From: an uncultured Clostridia bacterium
GTDB lineage: Bacteria; Bacillota; Clostridia; Christensenellales; Borkfalkiaceae
Length of the DNA: 59,421 nt
Direction: 5' to 3'
Assembly (NCBI GenBank): GCA_946628865.1
Contig: CAMOXE010000097.1
Location: forward strand, 1-59,421
The notes beneath the pieces are model-generated. The model was not told the DNA's origin and did not search any database. It saw only the letters and a program-made list of their open reading frames with translations. This document shows, one piece after another, positions 1 to 7,086 of this stretch. How positions within the stretch are numbered: the stretch's first letter is position 1; the number at the start of each line of letters is the position of its first letter. Both the position numbers and the translations under genes were made by a program.

Positions 1-1
1 C

Positions 2-736
2 GTCGGCAAGACGACGACGTGCGTAAACATGTCGGCGTATCTTGCCAAAGCCGGCAAGAAAGTGCTTTTAATCGACGCCGACGCGCAGGGCAACGCGACT
101 ACGGGTCTCGGTTTCGATAAGAGCAAACAGCAGAAATCTCTTTACAATGCGCTTATAGGCGGCGAAAGCCTGAGCGCCGTAACGTTAAAGACGGGCGTTG
201 AGAATTTATATCTCGTGCCGTCGAGCATAGATCTTGCCGGCGCGGAAGTCGAACTGGTCGAACTCAAAAACCGCGACAAGCGTCTTTCGGATCTCGTGGA
301 AGAAGTTCGGGGAGAGTACGATTACATAACTATCGACTGTCCGCCGTCTTTGGGGCTTTTGACTATAAACGCGCTGATAGCCTCGGACGAGGCGATGATT
401 CCTATACAGTCCGAGTATTACGCGTTAGAGGGGCTGACGCAACTCGTCAACACCATAAAACTCGTTTCGCGGGTTAATAAGCGATTGACGATCGGCGGGG
501 TGATCCTCACGATGTACGACGGCAGAGCGATAGTGTCGAGACAGATTTCCGAAGAAATACGCAAGTTTTTCGGCAAAAAAGTGTTTGAAACGGCTATTCC
601 GAGAAACGTGAGGGTATCCGAAGCGCCGAGCCACGGTGTGCCAGTAATGCTGCACGACGCGAAATGCGCGGGTGCGAGAGCGTATTTTGCCATAACCGAA
701 GAATTTTTACGGAGGGAAGAAAATGAAAGTAAATAA
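2..736 (+). CDS. parA: ParA/Soj-type chromosome-partitioning ATPase, 5' end cut by the window edge
   Basis: The frame is open from nt 2 (VGKTTTCVN is the tail of the deviant Walker A KGGVGKTT), so the Met at 29 is internal. ParA/MinD motifs LLIDADAQGNAT, ITIDCPPSLG and SEYYALEGL are present. Overlaps the parB start by 14 nt. Confidence 0.93.
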   Translation, partial: VGKTTTCVNMSAYLAKAGKKVLLIDADAQGNATTGLGFDKSKQQKSLYNALIGGESLSAVTLKTGVENLYLVPSSIDLAGAEVELVELKNRDKRLSDLVEEVRGEYDYITIDCPPSLGLLTINALIASDEAMIPIQSEYYALEGLTQLVNTIKLVSRVNKRLTIGGVILTMYDGRAIVSRQISEEIRKFFGKKVFETAIPRNVRVSEAPSHGVPVMLHDAKCAGARAYFAITEEFLRREENESK

Positions 737-1628
737 GGGACTCGGAAAAGGTTTATCGGCGTTATTTGCCGAAACCGAAGAAGATTACGGCGAAATTCTG
801 GCTGCGGCGGACGGCGCGGGAAAAACCGCGGGCGTAACCGAACTCAAGTTAGACGACGTTTACCCCAACCCTGACCAGCCCCGAAAAGTTTTCGATCAGA
901 CAGCGCTCGAAGAACTTGCCGAATCCATAAAAAAGCACGGCGTGATAATGCCGATTGTGGTAACCAAGACCGGCATAAGGTATATGATAATCGCGGGCGA
1001 GCGCCGCTACCGTGCGAGCAAGATCGCCGGCAAGACGACTATACCCGCGGTGATAAAAGAATATACCGAGCGCGAGATAAAAGAGATTTCGCTTATCGAG
1101 AACTTGCAACGCGAGGATTTAAACCCGATAGAGGCTGCGGTTGCGATGAAACAACTGATGGACGAGTTCAAACTTACGCAGGAAGAACTCTCCGACAGAA
1201 TCGGCAAGAGCCGTTCGGCGGTAGCGAACACTTTAAGACTGTTGACGCTGTCTAAAGAAGTCGTCGCTCTGATTTCCGAGAATAAACTCTCCGCGGGTCA
1301 CGCGCGCGCGATGATAACCCTGCCCCAAGCCGAGCAGGAAAAACTCGCCGAAAAAACGGTGGCAAACGGATTGAGCGTTCGCGACGTGGAAAAGGCGGTA
1401 AAGGAGTATTTCAACCCGACCGAAAAGAAACGTCCGAAGAGGACTTTAAGCATAGAACTCAAGGACATGGTGGAGCGCATGCAGCGCGCATACGGGACTA
1501 AAGTATCGGCGATCGGCAACGACAATAAAGGCAGAATATATATAGATTATTACACTCGCGACGATTTGGACAGACTGTGCGAGATTTTAGAACTCGTCGA
1601 GGCGGAGAACGAGAAAAATCGCCGTTGA
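723..1628 (+). CDS. parB: ParB/Spo0J chromosome-partitioning protein
   Basis: N-terminal GLGKGLSALF, ParB box IIAGERRYRAS, HTH QEELSDRIGKSRSAVANTLRLL, and position directly after parA. Confidence 0.93.
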   Translation: MKVNKGLGKGLSALFAETEEDYGEILAAADGAGKTAGVTELKLDDVYPNPDQPRKVFDQTALEELAESIKKHGVIMPIVVTKTGIRYMIIAGERRYRASKIAGKTTIPAVIKEYTEREIKEISLIENLQREDLNPIEAAVAMKQLMDEFKLTQEELSDRIGKSRSAVANTLRLLTLSKEVVALISENKLSAGHARAMITLPQAEQEKLAEKTVANGLSVRDVEKAVKEYFNPTEKKRPKRTLSIELKDMVERMQRAYGTKVSAIGNDNKGRIYIDYYTRDDLDRLCEILELVEAENEKNRR

Positions 1629-1745
1629 TTGCACTATAGGCAGACTTGTGAAAACCGAGCCGAAAATTTGGCGGGTACTTGACATAAATTTTGCGGAAAA
1701 CGAGAAAAACCGCCGTTAATCGAACTATAGGCGGACTTATGAAAA
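1602..1745 (+). repeat. 53-nt imperfect direct repeat (1602-1654 and 1693-1745) that echoes the parB 3' end
   Basis: gcggagaacgagaaaaatcgccgttgattgcactataggcagacttgtgaaaa versus gcggaaaacgagaaaaaccgccgttaatcgaactataggcggacttatgaaaa, 46/53 identical by hand alignment. Both copies translate as AENEKNRR-stop. Confidence 0.85.
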
Positions 1746-1887
1746 AACAAGACGGAAACGTGTCGGACAAAACCGTGCGGAGCGATTTCCCGAAAAGGCG
1801 GTAATATGGCAATGACGGGCGTAGCGCCGATAGGCAAAGTCGGCAATTCGTGTTTGATAGACGTCGACGCTTTATAAACGCGTATAA

Positions 1888-1919
1888 AGACCGATTTGCA
1901 AAAATCGGTCTGAACTTTT
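1888..1919 (+). terminator. Stem-loop, probable parAB terminator
   Basis: 10-bp stem agaccgattt / aaatcggtct (1888-1897 / 1902-1911) followed by gaactttta. The T-run is weak. Confidence 0.45.
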
Positions 1920-2034
1920 ACCCACGGTAGGGCGACAGCCGAAAAGGCTTGAACGAAGGTTTTCGACGAGACGATTTATCGTCCGAACGCGCCTTAAACG
2001 AGCGATTTGTGTTCTTTTTCGTTCGGTAGTAACC

Positions 2035-2076
2035 TTTGTAATAAATTTGTAATATAAATAATGATAAGATGTAAAT
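2035..2076 (+). promoter_or_regulatory. 11-bp-phased direct repeat TTTGTAAT-AAA-TTTGTAAT plus an in-phase TGTAAAT two turns later; candidate operator, site A
   Basis: TTTGTAAT at 2035-2042 and 2046-2053, TGTAAAT at 2070-2076, about 70-110 nt upstream of the 2144 start. The same motif occurs at 7028 and 27695. Confidence 0.6.
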
Positions 2077-2143
2077 AGCAAAGCACATTATTTTAGCGAA
2101 CGGCAGTCTATTTAGATATATAAAATAACGACGGAGGATCGAT

Positions 2144-5100
2144 ATGGCGAAAGATCAGGAAAACAAGGAAAACGAGCAGAAACAACCCGAGTTTACCGGA
2201 GAATGGTTTCAGCCGGGGCAGGAAGTGACGAAAGCGGACCTTCTTGCAAAACTTGCGAGCGTTGAAGAACGCTTTGCAAGCGAGATAAAAGGCGAAAACT
2301 GGTGGGTGGAAAGGCAGGAGTACGAAGCCAGAGAAAACCAAAAGAAGGCATTGAAAGACCTGTTCGACGCAGGCATGCAAAAGATGACGCCGGAGGGTAA
2401 GAGGCGCGTATACGAATCTATAAGCGATAAAGGCAGAGAGGCTGCGAACAAAGAAGCCCTCAAGGACTACGCTCGCCTTCTTAACGGAAAAGACAAGTCG
2501 GCGGAGAGCAAAAAACTTTCCGATAAAATCTGGGACGAGATAGACACCATAACCGTCAATGAAGTCAAAGAGATGGCTGCCGGGTTTTTAACGGAAGAAG
2601 AAAAGAAGGATCCCAAGATCGATCCCTCCGAGAGGATAAAATTTGAGGAGTTAGGCTCGACGGATATGAAACTTTGGTCGGCGTTCGTGGAGGCTTTGCC
2701 CGAAGACGCGGTAAAAGACGCGGCGCTTGCGGCGGACAATCACGTCGACCAACTCAAAAGACCTTTTGAAGAGGTCAGAATTTTAAATTACTCGAAAGAA
2801 GTCGAGGAAACGAAAGGATTTATCGATACTCTCGAAGAGTATAACGGCGAAAAACTTACTCCCGAGCGCAAAGAAGAACTCAAAGAGGCGCTCGACCGCG
2901 CCAACGAAATGACGGCGAGTACCGACGAAAAGTATGAATCCGCGCTGAGCGCCGTCAACATCGCGAGGTCGGAGTATTCGTACAGCGCAACTCTTTGGAG
3001 AAAAAAAGTAGCCGAGGAGACCTTGAAAAAAGACGGGATCAACGTCAGCAGGGACGGCAAGGGCATCAAATTTTTGGAAGTCGAGATTACTCCCGGGGGA
3101 TATTTAGCCGACAATAATGAACCGATAAAGCTTAAAACGGTTCCGGAAAAGGGAAAGGCTCAATTCGATAAGATGAAGGAATATAATTTCCAAATGCGCC
3201 CCGAAACCAAACAGGCTATCAAGGATATTTTTGCGAAATTCGATAAATACGGCTTTGATAGTAACGTGTTTGTCCCCGAAGAAGGGACTAAAGTCTACGG
3301 TTTTCACAGATTCGTAAGCGCCTCGAAGGAGTTCAAGAATGCGATTACGAGCAAGGATCCGGCAGACAAACTCAAAGCGGTCGAAGCCGCAGAAAAACTT
3401 CAAGTAGAGACGAACAGGGTAAAAGAACTAATGTCCGACGCGCGCAAGATTTTCGGCGTCGACAACGGAGGTTTTTACCCCGGCAACCTCGACCTTCAAA
3501 GAGAGGGCAGACTATATCCCCCGGAACTGCGCGCCGACATTGCCGGCACGTCCTGCATGAACGGCTTATACATACTGTACCGTACCGTAAAAGAAGAAAA
3601 GTTAGACCTCGACACCTTCCTTGACAACCCGAGAATCTATGTAAGAGGGAAGATGCAAGAAAAGATCGAAAAACTCGACGTAAACAAGACGATCAAAGGC
3701 AAATCCGGCGCGGAAGCCATTTTCGAGTTGGCAATACCCGACTACGCGATAGATCCTATCGGCGGAATGTCTCTCGGCAGAACGATGGAGACCATCGCCA
3801 AGGCGGAAACCGATCCGGAGATGCAAAGGCACAATATGGGCGTCGAATACGCGCACGACCTGTCAGACGAGTTCGTCCTTAACGCCACCGCTCAGCGCCG
3901 CACACTTTTGCACGGCGGTATGGAGCATTTAGATCGTTATCTGATGGTAGACGAGCCGCAGGAGGACGCGTCGCTTTTAGGACTGCGCCTGTACGATTAC
4001 GATACGATGACGCTTAAACCCGCGCGCGAGTTTGACGAGGTCGGTTATCTTTCGGAAAAACGCGAGCCGCCCGAGCAATACGCCGATCGCATAACGAACG
4101 AGTGTACGAAACTTATAACCATGTTGCTGCAAGACGGACAGAAACCGAAAGATCAAAGAATGATCGACTCTTCGGAAATGCCGGTCGACGCGGTTTTGTG
4201 GGCTGCGCATAACGCGGCGGCGAAATACCTTGCGGTTTTCCCCGACATCGACAAAAAGAGCGAGGCGTACAAGACTCTTCACGAACTGACGTATAACAAC
4301 GTGGAGTACTTCAAGAATAAAATAGAACAAATAAACGAGGAAAACGGTTACGATTTCGATATCGAAGAAGCGTTTGAATCTGCCAAAAAGCGCAAGACCA
4401 AACAGACGATAGACGAATTCAAAAAATCCAACGCTATTCGTCGTCTGGGCGACGGCGAGAGAGCGGCGGACAAACAACTCAACGCTAAATTGAAAGGCTT
4501 AAGCTCCGAACTTGAAAAAGCGAAGAAAGACCTCGATAAAGCCAAAGGCGGCGCCGTAAAGGAGCAAGCGCAAAAGCGCGTTGACGAAGCGCAGAAAAAA
4601 CTCAACGAAGCCGTCGCCGAACGGAAAAAACAACTGCTTGAGAGTTTCCATCGCGGCGACATCAGCGAAGAATATCTTAATAGGCGCGGCGCGCAACTTG
4701 ACGACGGACTAAAAACCGGCAAATTCGACAACAAAGTTCCCAAGATGTTCGAGGCCGACGAGTTGCTTGGCAAAAACGACTACCTCAAAAAGCAGTTCCC
4801 CGACGATTACGCGGATTTCAGCAAAGAAGAAAAAGAGGAATTGTACAATCGTTATGTAGAGCGCGCAAAACTCGCAAAAGACGACTTTATCGCAAGAAAG
4901 TATCTGCGGAACGAGGGAACGGTTTCGGAAAAGACTTTCATGACGAAAGAGGAGCGTATCGCCGAAGAGGACGCAAGACTTCTGAGAAACGATCCGAATG
5001 CCGTGCAGAAACCGAAAGGAAAGGAAGAAGTAAATAAAAACGAAAAAGACGCAGAGCAAATCGAAATCGATCCGGAACAGGAAGAAAAGGAAGTAGCGGA

Positions 5101-5290
5101 AGAAAAAACCGAGCAGAAAGATAATGTCGAGGCGGAAAAACAGATTGACGGAGAAAAAGCGGATCTCGATAAAGACGTAGTACCCGTGGTCGTCGACCTC
5201 GATGAAGAAGAAGTTGCAATAGGCGACGACATGTTGTCATTCGGCAAGGAAAAGACGGTTGAAAAGGATTCGCCCAAAATAGACGTCTGA
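2144..5290 (+). CDS. 1,048-aa highly charged, predicted all-helical protein with no signal peptide or TM; standalone member of the T4SS-associated giant-protein family; function unknown
   Basis: Long ORF with GGAGGA RBS at 2131-2136. Collinear similarity to each of the three modules of the 33053-41770 protein (anchors EVTKADLLAKL, ETKQAIKDIFAKFDKYGF, YPGNLDLQREGRLYPPELRADIAGTSCMNGLY, KGKSGAEAIF, MFEADELLGKNDYLKK, DDMLSFGKEK). Confidence 0.9.
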   Translation: MAKDQENKENEQKQPEFTGEWFQPGQEVTKADLLAKLASVEERFASEIKGENWWVERQEYEARENQKKALKDLFDAGMQKMTPEGKRRVYESISDKGREAANKEALKDYARLLNGKDKSAESKKLSDKIWDEIDTITVNEVKEMAAGFLTEEEKKDPKIDPSERIKFEELGSTDMKLWSAFVEALPEDAVKDAALAADNHVDQLKRPFEEVRILNYSKEVEETKGFIDTLEEYNGEKLTPERKEELKEALDRANEMTASTDEKYESALSAVNIARSEYSYSATLWRKKVAEETLKKDGINVSRDGKGIKFLEVEITPGGYLADNNEPIKLKTVPEKGKAQFDKMKEYNFQMRPETKQAIKDIFAKFDKYGFDSNVFVPEEGTKVYGFHRFVSASKEFKNAITSKDPADKLKAVEAAEKLQVETNRVKELMSDARKIFGVDNGGFYPGNLDLQREGRLYPPELRADIAGTSCMNGLYILYRTVKEEKLDLDTFLDNPRIYVRGKMQEKIEKLDVNKTIKGKSGAEAIFELAIPDYAIDPIGGMSLGRTMETIAKAETDPEMQRHNMGVEYAHDLSDEFVLNATAQRRTLLHGGMEHLDRYLMVDEPQEDASLLGLRLYDYDTMTLKPAREFDEVGYLSEKREPPEQYADRITNECTKLITMLLQDGQKPKDQRMIDSSEMPVDAVLWAAHNAAAKYLAVFPDIDKKSEAYKTLHELTYNNVEYFKNKIEQINEENGYDFDIEEAFESAKKRKTKQTIDEFKKSNAIRRLGDGERAADKQLNAKLKGLSSELEKAKKDLDKAKGGAVKEQAQKRVDEAQKKLNEAVAERKKQLLESFHRGDISEEYLNRRGAQLDDGLKTGKFDNKVPKMFEADELLGKNDYLKKQFPDDYADFSKEEKEELYNRYVERAKLAKDDFIARKYLRNEGTVSEKTFMTKEERIAEEDARLLRNDPNAVQKPKGKEEVNKNEKDAEQIEIDPEQEEKEVAEEKTEQKDNVEAEKQIDGEKADLDKDVVPVVVDLDEEEVAIGDDMLSFGKEKTVEKDSPKIDV

Positions 5291-5399
5291 CGAACTCCCG
5301 CAAGTTAGACCTGCAATTATTAAAGAGTAAAAGAGGGGCTATAAGTCGATTAAACGCGTTTTAAGATAGACCGCCTCGTCTTTTGCCATCGATAGAATA

Positions 5400-5446
5400 C
5401 GCCCGAGGCGGCGCTTTAAGCGCCGCCTCGGGCGTGTTTTGCGTTC
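5400..5446 (+). terminator. Intrinsic terminator after the 1,048-aa gene
   Basis: 15-bp GC-rich stem cgcccgaggcggcgc / gcgccgcctcgggcg (5400-5414 / 5420-5434), loop tttaa, followed by tgttttgcgttctt. Confidence 0.8.
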
Positions 5447-5565
5447 TTGATTTGGCGGATTCCGCGATTTGTGATATAAAATATATAATATCATTTGACG
5501 ATGACGTAATACGGCGCTCGAATAATTGCGAAAATCGCTTATTCTCGCTTGTATTAGAAATAAAT

Positions 5566-5594
5566 TTGACAAACTCTGTCGGATATAATATAAT
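5566..5594 (+). promoter_or_regulatory. Sigma-70-type promoter of the kinase gene (TTGACA-17-TATAAT)
   Basis: TTGACA at 5566-5571, a 17-nt spacer, and TATAAT at 5589-5594. The -10 ends 6 nt before the ATG at 5601 and no Shine-Dalgarno is present. Confidence 0.6.
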
Positions 5595-5600
5595 AAAAAT

Positions 5601-6893
5601 ATGGAACTGACGTATCTGAACCTTATACTCTCTTGCGCGGTTGGGGTGTCCTCGCTTGCGGGGGTTATAGGCGTCGCCGTTTTCTCAAATAGGGCGAAGA
5701 AAGAAAAAATTGCCACGGCGGCAATACTTTTTCTGTTTTTCGCGGTTTCCGTTTTCGGCGGAGCGGCGCGTTTTTACGGCGCTAAAGAAGGGAACGCGGC
5801 TTTGGCTTTTACGCTTGAAAGCGTAAAAGCGGCGGCGAGCGTCTATTTGGCATTCGGTCTCGTTTTCGGCGGAGCGGCGATTTGTCTCCCCAAAGACAAA
5901 AAATTATTTCCGTGGCACGCCGCGGGCGGTGTCGCCTGCATAGCGGCGACCGTCATGCTTATAATAAACCGCTTTACGCGCTTTTTGTTCGACTATGAAA
6001 GCGGCCGACCGATATATAACGCCGCTTATTTTTGGATTTTGGCTATATTTGCGGCTATACTTGCAGAGGGATTTGCGCTATTATTCATAAACCGAAAGGC
6101 GATTTCAAAGTACGATAAAATAAAGTTTTCGGCTTTATTTTGCCTGTTCGCTTGCGCCGCGGCGCTCGACGCAATTTTCCCGAAATACCCGATTTATGCG
6201 CTTATAGGCGTACTTTCCGCATTGATTACCGAAGGTTTGGAGCGCATAAAAAGCGAGGACCGCTATCAAAAAGCAAAACGCGAGGCGGACGAATTGCGCA
6301 GAGACGTTTCGCTCGCGCAGGCTCAGATAATCCAAAGTCAGGTTTCGCCGCATTTTATCTACAACGCGCTGACGGCGATTCAGGCTCTGCCGAACAATCC
6401 GTATATGACGAAGAAAGCGATAGGCGATTTCGCGAAGTATTTAAGGCAGACGCTCTCGTCGGGCAACGAGAACAAACTTATACCTTTTGAGAAAGAACTC
6501 GAAAACGTGCAGGCGTATTTTCGGCTGGAGAAGATACGTTTCGGCGACGAACTGAATATCGTATACGACGTCGGCGTAACGGATTTCTCCGTACCCGTTA
6601 TGAGCGTGCAGATCCTCGCCGAAAACGCCGTTAAGCACGGCGTGTCGGTAAAGAGGGGCGGCGGCACGGTAAAAATTTCCGCCAAGCGCACGGGCGACGC
6701 CGTTGCGGTAACGGTCGAGGACGACGGCGTCGGTTTCGACCCTGCAAAGGCGCTCGACTCGTCGCACGTCGGGATAAACAACGTAAAAAGCAGAATAAAG
6801 TCGCTCACGGGCGGAGACGTTGAGATAGATAGTAAAATAGGCTACGGAACTAAAGCTACGATAACGATTCCGATACGGGCGGGCGAGGAGTAA
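5601..6893 (+). CDS. LytS/YehU-type sensor histidine kinase with a multi-TM N-terminus
   Basis: About 6 hydrophobic helices at the N-terminus, H-box SQVSPHFIYNALTAI (His_kinase PF06580 type), N-box ILAENAVKHG, and G-boxes EDDGVGFD and GYGT. Confidence 0.88.
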   Translation: MELTYLNLILSCAVGVSSLAGVIGVAVFSNRAKKEKIATAAILFLFFAVSVFGGAARFYGAKEGNAALAFTLESVKAAASVYLAFGLVFGGAAICLPKDKKLFPWHAAGGVACIAATVMLIINRFTRFLFDYESGRPIYNAAYFWILAIFAAILAEGFALLFINRKAISKYDKIKFSALFCLFACAAALDAIFPKYPIYALIGVLSALITEGLERIKSEDRYQKAKREADELRRDVSLAQAQIIQSQVSPHFIYNALTAIQALPNNPYMTKKAIGDFAKYLRQTLSSGNENKLIPFEKELENVQAYFRLEKIRFGDELNIVYDVGVTDFSVPVMSVQILAENAVKHGVSVKRGGGTVKISAKRTGDAVAVTVEDDGVGFDPAKALDSSHVGINNVKSRIKSLTGGDVEIDSKIGYGTKATITIPIRAGEE

Positions 6894-6923
6894 AATTCGG
6901 AAAACCGCAAAATTTCAATAAAA

Positions 6924-6953
6924 CCGAGCTCGGCTTGCAGCCGAACTTTTTAT
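6924..6953 (+). terminator. Terminator-like hairpin after the kinase gene
   Basis: Stem tcggct-tgc-agccga (6930-6944) followed by actttttatt. Overlaps the palindrome ccgagctcgg. Confidence 0.5.
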
Positions 6954-6989
6954 TATATAAAATAATTTATATTATATAAAATAATTTAT
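6952..6989. repeat. Perfect 19-bp tandem repeat x2 made only of A/T (attatataaaataatttat)
   Basis: Unit 1 is 6952-6970 and unit 2 is 6971-6989. They are identical and are followed by a partial third copy, atatta. Confidence 0.9.
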
Positions 6990-7000
6990 ATATTAAATTG

Positions 7001-7030
7001 TGGCAACGCGGCGCGCGTTGTCATATTTTT
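7001..7030 (+). terminator. Strong GC-rich hairpin plus T-run immediately upstream of operator site B
   Basis: Stem tggcaacgcg / cgcgttgtca (7001-7010 / 7014-7023) with a 3-nt loop, then tattttt. Confidence 0.6.
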
Positions 7031-7047
7031 GTAATAGTTGTTGTGTT
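7028..7047 (+). promoter_or_regulatory. Candidate operator site B: TTTGTAAT-AGT-TGTTGTGTT, with a degenerate second half-repeat
   Basis: TTTGTAAT at 7028-7035 and GTTGTGTT at 7040-7047, 40-60 nt upstream of the 7087 start. Shares its first repeat with sites A and C. Confidence 0.5.
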
Positions 7048-7086
7048 ATTATTTAGGGGAGAAATTATAAGGGGGCTGAGCGACAA

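Noticed and set aside
1602-1745. The parB-end direct repeat as attL of an integrated element whose attR would lie at the right end of the 40-kb cluster.
   Set aside because: Both copies lie at the same (left) end, 91 nt apart. I could not find a third copy near 41.77 kb, 43.5 kb or elsewhere in the window, and no recombinase gene is present.
1739-1807. A 22-aa mini-ORF (MKKQDGNVSDKTVRSDFPKRR) starting inside repeat copy 2.
   Set aside because: The RBS is weak or absent, conservation cannot be assessed, and the first repeat copy has no equivalent ATG.
5383-5610. A 75-aa + strand ORF in the intergenic region before the kinase gene.
   Set aside because: It spans the strong terminator hairpin at 5400-5434 and the kinase promoter. 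It has no RBS, and its composition looks non-coding.
6952-6989. CRISPR-like or minisatellite array.
   Set aside because: There are only two A/T-only copies with no spacers. No cas genes or other repeat-spacer structure occur anywhere in the window.
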